The notes beneath the pieces were generated by a model that had not been told where the DNA came from, did not search any database, and was given only the letters and a program-made list of their open reading frames with translations. A stretch of DNA of 64,000 nucleotides from Lama guanicoe (taxonomy: Eukaryota): contig MU054220.1 in the NCBI GenBank assembly GCA_013239625.1, positions 4,771,328-4,835,327 of the forward strand, written 5' to 3'. Positions 38,208-50,682 of this stretch are shown here, piece by piece. Each line of letters begins with the position of its first letter. Within the stretch, counting starts at the first letter, position 1. A program made the translations under genes and the position numbers.

Positions 38208-38256
38208 GCCGACCACTGAACGTGCCGACCACTGAACGTACCGACCACGGCCGACC
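38208..38256. repeat. 16-bp tandem repeat GCCGACCACTGAACGT x2 plus partial copies
   Basis: 38208-38223 and 38224-38239 are identical; followed by accgaccac and gccgacc. Confidence 0.9.
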
Positions 38257-38644
38257 CATGCACCAACCCCCTTCTCCTTACCTGGGTCCAGAGGCCGCCG
38301 GAGCGTGCCGGTCCTGTCCGCACTGCAGCCAGCTTGAAGGAGCCCCTCCAACCGGCCCGCTCCCCTCCTGCCCTTCCCTGCCCCCCACGGGTGTTGGCCC
38401 AGCGGCGAAGCAGGCTCTTCCAGGTAAGTATATAAGTTACTGTACTGTGTGGGAGGGTCACGATCTTGATAATTGCAGCTTTCCGAGCTTAACCCCTGCG
38501 TTCCTGCCTTCCTCCAACTTGTTGAGGATCGTCGGGTAGCGAGAGACAGAGCGAGCGCGCCAGCGAGCGCGCCGGCCGGGAGGGGGGAGAGAGGTGCACC
38601 CGGCCGAGAAGGGAGAGCCAGACAGCGAGCGGCGGAGTTCAAAA

Positions 38645-38659
38645 GTCCCCCTGGCGGCG
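38645..38659 (-). promoter_or_regulatory. CTCF-like motif
   Basis: Minus strand reads CGCCGCCAGGGGGAC, a near-consensus core. Confidence 0.45.
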
Positions 38660-40279
38660 GTTTTCATTGGATAGGTCTTCCCCCCCACCCCCGTCCCCCC
38701 TGGCTTGGTCTCCCCCTCACCCCCACGGTCTCCCATGTAGGGGACGTCTCCAGGCGAAGTCACGATTCCTTCTCAGTTCGGAATGAACTGTGACTAGAGC
38801 CATGACGCAGCCAGCGCGCATTACTCACTTTTTGCAGTCACGACTTGGGAATCCGTGCTGGTTCCAACCAAAATTACACTGCTACCATTGAATTATTTAA
38901 TAGGATCCAGTTCGGGGGTAAACTTATGCATTGTGCCAAGCGATGGGGAGGGGGGCCGAGGGTAAATGAGGACGTGGGGCGTCCTCCCTTCCCCCTTCAT
39001 GGCTCTCGGACCCCCTTCCCACTGCTCCACGTGTTGCAAATGTTTTATTGCGCTGCCACCCCTCCCAGCACCTCCCCCCAACCCAGCTACTGCTTTTGCA
39101 AATGTGGCAGAATTTGTAAACACAACCACGCAACTTGCGGGGCTGAGAGGGGAGAGGCTGGGAAAGGGAATGGATAGGTCCTGGTGAATGAAGAGGAGGC
39201 CGAGAAGCTACGAGCAGCTTTGGTTTGAACTGAATTGTCAAGACAAAGTGTGGGTAGCAGTGTTATTTGTGTTATTCTCCACAACATCAGTAATAGCCCT
39301 TGTTACTATTATGAGTTGAGGAATACTCAGTCTTAGCCAGGGAATCTTCCCAATGAGGGACTGATTCTGAGCTAAAAATAACTCGACCCACACTCTCCCC
39401 TCCTCATCCCAGGGCTGTGCCTTGGGTGCCCTCCACAGGGGTCAGGTCACTAAAGCCAGAGGTTATTAGTGGATTAGGATGGGGTAGAAGAAGCCGATAG
39501 CATCTGGGCTCTCCTTCTGTTTCACTTGAAGGCTAGCCCCCTCAGATACTTACCTCACCATCCCGAGGGTTTTGTTTTTGTTTTTGTTTTTTTTTAACAA
39601 GCATATAGAATATATCCCTACATGCACACAAGCTTACTGCATATCTACAGGATTGCTTCATTCCCCCCACTGTCTACAGCCCACCCTTGTGAGCCAACTT
39701 GAGGATGCATTTTTATTATTTCTCTCTGAAAAGTTAATCAGCATGAATGTCTTTGTGCGCGTGATGTTCATTCCCCCCTTTGGACTCTGATAACCTTCCT
39801 CCCTCTTCACCTGTCTGGCTACAGGTTTGTCCAAAGTGTCTGCAGCTGACTGCAATGAATTTCACTCTGGGTCAAGCCCATAACCCCAGGGAATCTATGG
39901 TCTCGGCAATAACATTTAGGGACTTGGAGAAGAGCACCCCTCCCTCCCGCAGTTTCCCTCAGAGCCGGTTTTCAGAAACCCTTTGGCTCGAGCTTTAAGG
40001 CGCCGCGATGTTCCCAAGCCTGGATTCTCTGCGCATCGCACCAGCAACTCCTGTGCTTTGGTTTCTAATTCACTCATTCCACCAACTCATTTGGGGCTCC
40101 TATGACTAGGACGTGAAGCGAGAGGAATAGTAAGAAAAATGCCATAATGCACAGACATCCTTACACACCTCATGGGAATTGCAGAATGTGGGAACATGGG
40201 GGGCATGAAATAGGAGGGGATGAGGGTCCGAATAAAGCAACCTATAGTCTCTTATTTTGAAAGTCACCATCACGGGAGA

Positions 40280-40730
40280 GAAATCTTTCAAACCCGCTGG
40301 CGGGAAGATGCGGGCGCCTGGGAATGGAGACCCAGATAGTGCCTGGCCTCTGCGGAGAAAGCCGGTGAGCCACCGGTTTGCAGTTCCTGGAGCGCTGGGC
40401 CTTAGCTCATCCTGGAATCTAACACTTCGCTCCCCCTCCTTTAAATTTTTTTCCTTTCCTTCCCACTCACCCCTCCTTTTCCCCAAAGCTCTCACCGAAG
40501 TCACGACTATCCCCTTTGAACATCCTTAACCCCCTCCTTTCCGTATCCCTCTTCTGCATTCAGGGCGGGGCTATCCGCAGCTGGCGCCAACCCCGCCCCC
40601 TGGCGCTCGGAGCTGAACTAGCTGAGGACCAAGGAATTTTCAGCACCGGCCTTCCGTGGACAGCTACCGCGCCCTGGGCCGGCCGGGACCAGCCTGGGTC
40701 GCGATCCTCGGACTCCCGGACCCGAGCAAG
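40280..40730. promoter_or_regulatory. CpG-rich regulatory element with CTCF-like and wide-spacer RE1 motifs
   Basis: GC boxes, cgccccctggcgc near 40594-40606, and TTCAGCACC-N10-GGACAGCTACC at 40639-40668. Confidence 0.6.
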
Positions 40731-41989
40731 CAGGGAAGTTTGTCAAAGGGATAGGGATTTTTCCTTCTCTTTACCTCCCCTCCCCATCCATGGGATTTTA
40801 ATCTATATTACATTGTCTCCATTAATCTCGCAGAGAGATGGCCCATTAAGTCGTATCTGAGCACCTTTTAATACAGAGAAAATGGGGAGGGGAGGGGGAC
40901 AGTCAAGAGAACCGGGCTCAACAGCGCCGACCCATAGAGAGAGAGAGAGTTGCAGCTATTGATTCAGAGATTGGTCAGGGTGATTCCCAGCTCTGCAAGA
41001 ATTCCCCCTTTCAGTTCCTTTTCATGCAGCCCCAAATTCATTAAGCACACACACAGCTATACCCCCTTACCCCCTACTCAGTCCCACCCTCCTCTCTAGA
41101 AAGGAGTGAAAAGGCAGCCAAAAAAAAACTCCAGAGCATGCACAAAGTAAGCCTCAGCTCATACTCACAGTCTGCGGCATGCACATGACATAATATTACT
41201 TACCCAAACGGGAACTCCTTTAGAGAGAGAAAGAGAAACATAGGGGGAGGGAAGAGAAAGTGGAAAGAGAGGGAGACAGGAGAGAGGAGAGGAAAAATCC
41301 AACAATTAATTTCCAGACATAGTTGGGGGGGTGGGGAATGCGGTGATGTCCAGGTTTTCTTCCACCCGCGCTGGCTTTTTATCCCAGTGCAGCCCTCGGT
41401 CTATTTCTGGAACACGATCAAACCCTGATGCTATTTTTAGCAAGTACTGAAAAAACCTCCACACACAAAGGCATTTCTCCGGAACGTTACGTCCAAAACA
41501 TTAAATGTGCATTAAGCGCCCCCTCCCCACTTTTTCCTGCACCACCAGACTCAATTGCATTACTGCAGATGATGTTTTTCAAAGCAGAAAAATACTCAAA
41601 TATATTTTATATTCTCCTTCCCTCCCATTAACTCCCGTCTGCCTCTGCCTGTTGCAAGCTCCTCGCAGTCTTCCCGAGCAGAAGGCTTTGGAATGGTTGT
41701 ATTTTTTAGAGCTGCATGTCTCCATTGACCAGATTCCCTACATGCTGGGAAAAAAGGGGGGCGGGGTGCTTATGCCCCTTCCCCAGAGGAGCTTCCCAAG
41801 AAAGCTCTAGAGTCTAATGCTACTCACGCTGGAGATTCCCAAATGAGGGAAGAAAAAACAAAAATCCTCCGTATCATTCCCTCGTTTCCCACCCATGCTT
41901 TGCAAAATCGCGATGTGTTTGCAACACACCGCCTTTGAAAATATATATTTTGAAAGGGGTGTGTGTGTGTGTGTGTGTTTTGCGTTCTA

Positions 41990-42620
41990 GTACTTCACTA
42001 CGAGGGGGCTGGAGCAAATAGACTCATGAAGGCAGCGCGGAGCAGCCGCCTTGAGTCTCCTTTGCCAGCCTGCGTCAGTCATCAGCTACTGACGTCACGT
42101 GCAGATTCTCCTCTTTGGTGGGTCTGGTTCAGCCGAGAAGAGGCTTCTGCTCGGCGACAGCGCTTTGTGTTCGGCGCAGCCACTGAGCTAGCGAGGCGGC
42201 CGAGGCGGGCGCCACCCCAGGCTTGGGCTGGGCAGCTGCAGAGGAGGCTGCAGCCTGGTGTGCACCGGGCGTGCTGGGCCTCGAGGGCGTACCCAGCAGG
42301 GCAGCCCCCTCCCCAAACGCCCTACGCCGCCGAGCGCAAACTCGGCTCCGCACAGACGCGGCACGAGCGTCCTTTCCCCGCCCTTTCGCAACTGGCCGCT
42401 GTAGCGGAGACAGCTCTGGCTATAACTCGGATTAATTCTGTGTATTTGTCAGGCAGATAGCCCCGGCTCCTCAAGTGACGCAAATAACAGATTCTACGGA
42501 TCCCGCTCTCTCTCCTGCTCCCATTTTTCTTCCCTCCCTGCTTTTCCCTCTTCTGTTTCCTGCGCCCACGCATCCTGCTCGGTCGCCCACGGAATCAGCC
42601 AGCTACAGCTCCCCAGAGAG
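41990..42620. promoter_or_regulatory. CpG island/enhancer with CRE, E-box and EGR motifs
   Basis: Dense CpG. TGACGTCA 42090-42097 overlaps CACGTG 42096-42101; TGCGTCA 42071-42077; CGCCCACGC 42563-42571. Confidence 0.7.
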
Positions 42621-45129
42621 CAAGAATTCGAGTTACAGACAGACAGACTCCCAGAGCAGGAACAAATAAACCTGCAATTAAATACACACACATACACACA
42701 GCCCTTTGCAAATGGCCAGCAGCATTTAGGGGCTCCCCTGTGTGGGGGGAGGGGGAAGCTGATTCACAAATCACCCAGCTCCCGCAGTGCGGGGGGCGGG
42801 GAGGGGGATGGGGGAGGAGGGCGGACGGAGAAGCGAGGGACAGGGCTTGCTGCTGCAGCTTTGCCCTCGAACCACCACCGGGAAAGGAAACCCACCTCTA
42901 TAAATACCCAGATGGCAGAGTATTAGCGAATAAACAACTTTTGTTGCATGACAGAAGGCGGAGAAAATTGAACAAAGACTGCAAAGGCTTAGTCTCTAGT
43001 GACATTATCAGGACTTTTTAAGGTGACGCTTTACCCTTTCTCCCTCTCAAAGACCAGGGGATCTTCTATTTTTCTTCTTCTTAAAATAATGCCCCTCAAA
43101 AAAGAACTGAATGGATCAGTGCTATTTTTAAACCAACTTGAAGAGTTTTATTTCATGAGGGCCGCAAAGTGTGCATGTGTGTGTACACATACGTGTGTGT
43201 CTCAGTGTGGGATCTGAATCTGAGGTTTTCGGCAGAAGACATGCCACACCTCAGCATGACAGAGGGTTTATTGATTGGGGGAGTGTTGGAGGTGGGAAAA
43301 ATTCTTGTAGATTGGAAGATCTGAACAAAATCATACACAGATCACCCTCCTCAAATCTACACAGCATCCCAGATCCACCTCGCATAACCTCTGCCCCGGG
43401 GGGGGGCAGGAAAGCAGAGAGAAGACAGCTATTTACTTTGTGGTTTGGTGCCTGGTCCGTCCTTGTTATTGATCCTAATTATCAACTTTCCCTGTCACTG
43501 ATTTTCCTTGATGTCAGTAAACAATTTTCCAGCGTTGCCGCTAGGATTTGGGGCACAAGGCCTGGGAGAGAATGATCATGGGGCTGATCTTTAATCAGTG
43601 TGATCTTTAATACCCTCTCATCTCCCTCTTCAGGCCCTCCTAGCCTTTGTAGCTTGCCTTAGAGATTCTGGTGTGAGCTTAAGCTCGTCCTGTACCCTCA
43701 ATTCCTGCCTGTGGCTTAAGCCTTGCCTTCTAAAGGGAGACGGAGGATGGCCACTCGGCACGGAGGACACCCTCTGGCAGCCCATCAGCAGCTGTTTATT
43801 TTTAGCTCCACATATGCATGTATGTATGCATGTGAGAGTATTGCTGCAGTGGGGAGGTGTGCAGTCAGAAGAAATATTAGTGAGACGTAGTCCACCCAGG
43901 TTTTTGCACTGAGGATGGCTTATCACACAGGATCATCAGATGTGGCCTGACGGTCAGGAGAGCTTCCCCGTCATGTGTCGCAAGCGTTTCAACGAAGTCT
44001 TGTCAGATTAATGAAAATGTCAGGTTAAGCATGTTTTTAAAGGCACAGAGTAGGTACGTTTTTAGAGATATGAGACTAGGTATGTGTAAGCATAAATTCA
44101 TGTAACCATGTAGTTTCTGTATGGAGAAGATACAATTTAGAATTTTGTGACCTGCTTTCTGTTTCTATGCTTTCTGTGGTGATTGGGTGCTGTTGTGTCT
44201 TGTGTTGAGACCAAGGCAGCTTCATTCAGAATCACTTTGGGGGCCCCCTAACAACTTTCAGCAACCCTGAATGTAGCCCTAACAAATGAGGTAGAGTTGG
44301 AAATAAAGAAATGTGCTCAGACTCTGCCTCTTAAGACTTTTGAAGGTAGCAGCCAAAATTACACTAATCTAACCTTGGCAGCCCGGTGGACTCAACATCT
44401 CTGCTCCTCCCCCTGCCCCCAGAAGGTGACACCCCTCTTCCCTGTCCCTGTCTTGCTGCTCTAATCAAGCTGACTGGTTAGATTTGGGACCAAGGATGCC
44501 CACGAAACTTAGCAGAAATATTTGCAGAAAGTTAGTCCTCCACAGATAGCACCGCCAGTTTCCCTACACATCAGTCAGGTCCTTTGGTACATGACTGGAC
44601 TGCAGCTGGTGGCCTTGGCTTTCCAAGCTGTCCTGCCATTCTTTGTTAAGGGCTGTGGTGCCCAATTCCTGTCTGAGCACAGGACTCAAAGAATTAATAG
44701 GCTGTTTTGGAACTTGCCCGAGATGAAAAGTGCCTTCTGCACCGCCATACTGCCAACCCATCCCTGGGCATCCCAAGCATGAGGAAGACTTGTCCCCCTA
44801 ATGCTCCCCCAGGGGACCCATGGGGCTAGACTGCTGTCACAAAGCCCTTGAAAAGAACTGAGTCTCCTCTCTCTCAGGGCCAGTGAAGCCCAGAAATGTC
44901 CTGCCTGTGTCTCTTGTCTCCTCTCCAAGCACAAAGAAAAAGGTCAGTAGGTAAAGTTTGGGGTTTGGAAGAGGGGAAAAAAAAAAAAGACCCAGCTCCA
45001 AGGAAATCAACCAAAAGGACTCTATTAGGGAAGAAGTCCAGGAAAGAGACTCCTCTTTGCCTAAAGACATCTCCATCAGAGAGCAGAACTATTTTGGCCT
45101 AAGTAAAGGACAGGGTAGGAGAAAAATAA

Positions 45130-45450
45130 ACTAATAGTTTTGAGTATCAATTAGGTGCCAGACACTGTGCTGGACGCTTTTACAGAGATGATCTTATGTA
45201 ATACTTATAGCAGTTCTCCAGGTGTCATTATAATAATGTTACCTACCCCATTAGGTTGCTGAACACAGAAATCACTCCCCAAATATTAGTTTTTTTTCCA
45301 TTTTAAAGCTAAGGAAATGGAGAGCAGACAGTTGAAGTGACTCGTGCAAAAGTCTTAAGAGCTTAAAGTTGTAAAACTAGGGATCCAATCAAATTCACAT
45401 TTGTGTGGCTCCAACAATCATGCTCACACCACTCCACTGTGCTGCCTCTA
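45130..45450 (-). mobile_element. MIR
   Basis: aggtgccagacactgtgctggacgctttt...ccattttaaagctaaggaaatggag...gttgaagtgact. Confidence 0.65.
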
Positions 45451-48400
45451 TTCCAATATCTGGTCTTTTATATTCCAGTTCTAGGCTCCATCATTTGGAA
45501 TTAGAGATGTTTGGAACTTTTTCAGCAGTGACCTGAATAATGAAATTGATTTATTCCTCCTAAGGAGTCCTTTAGCCAATATAACTCTCCCTCTGCCCCA
45601 CCTCATAAGGCTAGCTGCCTATAAGAAGAGACCCCCTCTCTCTACCAAGGTAGGTCCCAACTGGCTCAGCCTCATGCAAAACTCAAGGGGTTTGATGGAA
45701 GCCAGCCAGGGTGGAGGGGAGAGGCCATGAACTTTACATCCATTCAGTCTCCTGCAGCTAACCATATTTTCCCTTCCATTGAGGAAGCCCCTTGGGTGGC
45801 ACTAGGGAGGAGTTAGGAACACCTCAGTCCAGTTGTCCAAGAAAGCTGTTTTAAGGTAGGAACAAAGGCAAAGCTGCATTTGGATTGGCTAGTCATCCGA
45901 GTCTTCTTTCACACCTTTAGAAACTGGCATCCCTGATCATTTTCCTGATTCTGAAAACTTTGGAGGCCAGCCATTAGCACAGTTGGAGGGTAGGAGCCAC
46001 AGCATGCATAATACGAGCTATTCCATGATCCCCTTTCTCGGTTAAATACACGTTGAATCACTTACCCTGATCAAGAGGTACATTCGGTCTTGGCAAACAC
46101 TTCTTAGAAGCCAGCTTATTTGGAGGTTTGAGGGTGATATTTCTAAGGACCACTTGCACACTGAAAGAAAGTGACTCGAATTCCACCCCCTCCCTTTCCT
46201 TTTGTTGCCATCAGCACTCAAAAGTCTCAACTCTCTATCCACCTGAAAGCAATCGCAGTGTTCAATGTCAGAACAGTTAAGACAGTATCTGCTCTTTGCA
46301 TACTTCCATCATCAAGCAGCAAGCTCTTTCAAATGCCCTCCTCCCCACTCTATGCCACTCTAACTGCTTGGAGAACCAGATGATAGGTTTTCCCATGCCT
46401 TGCCAGATGAAAGGCATGTTTGGGAGAATGGGGACCTAGAGGGCCACCCAGGAATATCCAGCCTGGGTGTCATGGTGAGGAGGATCTAAGCAAAGACAAG
46501 GAAGCCAGAGCAAGCACATGATAGGGGCTGAGGCTCAAGCAGTAGGGTTGGGGCGGGGCTCAGGGTGCCAGCGTGCTTTAGTTTAGCAGAGGCTAAATAG
46601 AAAAGGATCAGCGCTTTGGACCATGGGGAGAAAAGAACAACGTGAGGGGTGCTTCAAGATACCTGCGTGAACTTGGCCTTAATCTTGTGGTTGATGGACA
46701 GTTGTCTGCCCCACCTGAATTCAGTGGGCAGAGGGACCTCAATCACAAATTCATGGCAGGGGAGGGGGTTAGTGAGTGTGAATTAGCTGAACTTTTTATC
46801 CTTTCACTATTAAAGCAGCCTTGAAATTAGTTGCTGGTCTACTTGACTACATCTCTGTTTCTCAGAGGCCAACAGTAAAAAATGAGTGTAGCATTTCTTT
46901 TCATTGCTAGTCTGATAAACAAAGGCTGTGGAACAGAGGAAGAATGGATTAACATATCTGCTAGATTGTCCAGGAATTTTTGTACTTATTGGCAAGGCTA
47001 TGAGTTAAATAACAAATTAGGTCTGAATCTTTTCATAAGAGACTTTCAGTCTCAGGTGTGAAAACCTGGCATCTTCCACTGGCTCTAGCTTACCTCTAAA
47101 AGTGGAAATAAAAGGGGGGAGGGGGAGAAAATACACTTTCTAGGTAGAGTGGGGTTTTTTTTGAGAACCACACTTTCTGTAGTGATCGTCTGTGAGAAAG
47201 AGAGCACTCTGACCTCAACAAATTCTGACTGGGTGAATCCTGGGGGTCTGTTTTGTTTTGCAGAGGTCTAGATTAACATTGTGAGGCTGGACTAACATCT
47301 GTGGCGGGACTGGGGATTCCCCGAAGGACATCTGGGTCAAAAGGAACCGACAGACAACAAATCTTAACATCCCAACAGGGTGGACCATCTCATGAGTACT
47401 GGGTTTCTGAGAACGTTACCAATCAGCCTAGACAGTGCTGGCAAATGTCACTTACCTCACCATCCAGGAACCTGTGGCTCAGAACCCGTGAAGAAAAGCC
47501 TTGGATTTCAAATGAAAATGTCTAGAGTGAAACCATCGCAATGTGATAGAATGAAATGCAAATTTAATTGGAGAAAATAGAATGATTCCATCTCGTATTC
47601 AGGGGCAATCCAATTCTGAGGATCTTTCTCTTTTTCTCTTCCTGACCCCCCACATTCTCAATCAGTCCAAATGGTCCTAAGTAAGCTCTTTCACTGTATA
47701 TGACTGGGATTAAGGGATTTCTGGTCCTCCCATCTGTGTTTCAGTTTACATCATTCTCAGATACCTTGGGTACCTTCACTGAGTGTGACTACTCTGGCAG
47801 TGTCTTGCAACTTCATTTTGGAAGAGGTAGGATTTGCTGTAGTTTTCCTGACCTGGGGGCTGAGCCCTGAGCTGAGTCTGGCAGGAGACAGGGGTTGGAG
47901 AGAGAAAAACTAATGTTAGCCATCTGAATATAACTCAGAGGGGAAACTGCCAAAGAGAGAGCAAAGCCACTGCCCCTAAGAGGGGCACCTCGGAGAAAGA
48001 GCTGAGTGGGCAGTGAATGGAGGAAGGATGGTGATCAGGAAGGGGTGACGATGGTGAGGGTTAATAGGAAGATGAACATGAGCAGCAACATTGCAGAAAG
48101 CAGGAGGCAAAGGATGAGGTGTGTCCTGGGTGTTTGAGGACTGCTTTGAAAACTCATCTGGTCTCCTCTTGGTCACTGGTGCTCCTACAACAGCAAGAAT
48201 GAAAGGAATATGGTGTCAGCAATCCACATTCCATCGCTCACAGTTCCCTGTGAGCACTCAGTTCCAGGCTCTCCCCTCCTCTCCTCCACTGGTATCAGTT
48301 TGGTTTCCTTGGGCATGGCAGGGACACAAGGGCCAGATGCTCAAGGCTACAGTTAAGGGATGCTCAGCCTTACCAGCAAGTGGCCAAATACGAGTTCACT

Positions 48401-50503
48401 TCAAACTGGTGAGTCTGGACCAATTATTCATCAAGAAGTCACATTTCCGGCAAAGCAGAGTTTGTGATATTAACAGGTCAAACCAGGGAGAGCTGCTTCC
48501 ACTATTAGCTGAGGGCCAGGAAGTTACATTATAGGCAAATATTTTTAACCCAACCACTCTGTTTAAGACAGGGGCAGCCCAATTGCTCAGGAGGTCCTGC
48601 AGAAAGCCTACTCGTGTAGCTGCTATGTTATTATCAGCAGGTACCATTCTGATCCCATTATGACATCATTATGCCTATTGGGAAAGGGGCAGTTAGCAGG
48701 AGATCTTGAGATAAGGGTGGGGGAAGTAGGTAATATCTGGTGTGACTGCTGTCCCATTGTGTAGATTTAGAGACACAGAAGTGAAACTGGAAATCATCAC
48801 CCAATCCAAAGAGGAATGGGAATCCTGTGACTTACCCATATCTCAAATCCCCAGGAAAAACCAATGTGGAGAAATGCTTTGAGGTTCTCCTGCGTGAAGT
48901 GGAAAGGATTACATCTTTGCATGGATGTACAGGAGAGTTGAAATAATATGTGGGATTCTCCCAGGGACCTAGATACCTTTAAAATGTGGGCTGGTGAGGG
49001 ACCAACCTTAAAAAGATAAGTGGTTTGTGTAATTCCCAATTCCCAAATGACTTAATATCGACAGAGCCCAATTATGAACCAAACTGAAGCAGGAAAAGGA
49101 GTGACTGAGGACAGGATCTGTATGTAAATCAAGGAAGTGGTTTTACAATCTTTATTTTCTGAAGTTAAAAAGCCCAATGAGACCTCAATTTCAACCAACA
49201 CCAACCAGAAAGTCAGAACTTAAGCTGAGAGTGAAGATTCTGGTCTTGACTCTGCCATTTGCTAACCAAAATCTGGAACACAGCACTCAGTATCTTAAAT
49301 TCCCAACTTACAAAGTGTGCATACTGCTACCTGCTCTACCTACCTCACAGGATTTTATTCTTAAAAATACAGGTTTGAACATGTTCCACAAATTAAAGAA
49401 GGCCTCACCTCTGTAATGGAAATTCTTCTTAGTAATTGCGGTAGTTACTCTGCCTTCTGTCTGGGGTTCACAGAGCACAGATTGGACAACCATTGTCATG
49501 TAATTCATTGCCTTATGGGCTGATTTAAAAAAAAACAGGGTTGAAATGCTCTAGGACTCAGGATGTTTATAGAGTAATCCTAGAGCCAGGTACAACCTAT
49601 TTATATTAGGTGGTAAGAACAAGTTTCACTTCCAATTTCATGCCATCCCTTGGTTCTTGCTTCTCTTATGTTCTCTCTCTTAGGAGAATTCTAAGAACCA
49701 TGAGGGTCACTGAAGGGATCTGCTAGTCTCTGGTGATGCCAGGGACCTAATCTCCCCAGGTCTTGGCTGCCTGGTACAGCTGTGGTATTTAATCGTATCA
49801 TGCAAGTAAGATGCTTAGCACTGTACTGGCACCCAATAAATGTTAAATGAAATTATGAAAGAGGTTGAAGGAACCAGTCTCAGAAGTTTCATCTTCCTTG
49901 GTGCCTCAGGAGACCTTATTTTCTCCTTGGTTCAAGGCATCAAGATGCTCAAATGCATCAAATTACTACCCACAGGGCAGGGCAGAATGACTGTTAGGAA
50001 TTTCCATCAAAGAGCCAGTAGAGGGAGCTCCCGAGTAAAACTACTCCTCTGGTCTACATTTCCTTCACTTCTCTATAAAACCAATCTCTGCCCAGAGGTC
50101 CCGGACTTTTTCTCCACCAAAAACTTTATACTTGCAGAAAACTGGAGCCCTCATCAAAAGACCTGGACCTAGTCCTGCTTTCAGAGAACCCAGGAGTTCT
50201 TGAACTTTCGAGGCAGCCTGAGTCCCATCCAAGGTTCTGCTCTTGGGCTACAGTTGCAACTTGGAATAGAAAGCGCCTATTGGGGCTGATCCCAGGAGAT
50301 CTGGGGCCACTTTTAAAGCTAACGCTTCTCTTATCCTTGGAATTTTGAATATGCTCTAGCTTTCTAATCATCCTCTGTCTACAAAAATCTAGACTCATAG
50401 TCAGTAAAAGACCTTGTTATAAATTTGTTATAGCAGGGAAGGATCTTGGATGCTGGTAAACAGCAGAGTGAAGGAAGTAGTTCTTGCCTGCTCTGAAGAG
50501 CCC

Positions 50504-50682
50504 TTTTTTTTTAATTGACGTATAGTTGATTTACAATGTTTCAGGTGTATAGAAAAGTGTTTCAGTTAGGTTTATGCATATATATATTATTCTTTTTCAG
50601 ATTGTCTTCCCTTATAGATTATTACATGATATTCAGTATCATTCCCTGTGCTGTACAGTAGGTCCTTGTTGTTTATCTATTT
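50504..50682 (-). mobile_element. short L1 3' end
   Basis: polyT, aattgacgtatagttgatttacaatgtt...ttccctgtgctgtacagtaggtccttgttgtttatctatttt. TSD core tctgaagag at 50492-50500 and 50683-50691. Confidence 0.85.

Larger units (their letters stand above)
37900..38850. promoter_or_regulatory. CpG island, probable promoter/first exon of the mir-129-2 host transcript
   Basis: Dense CpG. Minus-strand donor CAG|GTAAGG at 38282/38281, TATA-like gtatataag near 38428-38436, CCAAT (attgg 38666-38670), half-CRE tgacgca near 38803 and three GTCACGA motifs. Confidence 0.7.

Noticed and set aside
38208..38256. Short direct repeats as a CRISPR-like array
   Set aside because: No spacers, only ~2.5 units, and eukaryotic context.
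37904..38642. 211-aa and 145-aa GC-rich ORFs
   Set aside because: Stop-poor GC-rich DNA with ORFs in several frames on both strands; no protein similarity recognised.
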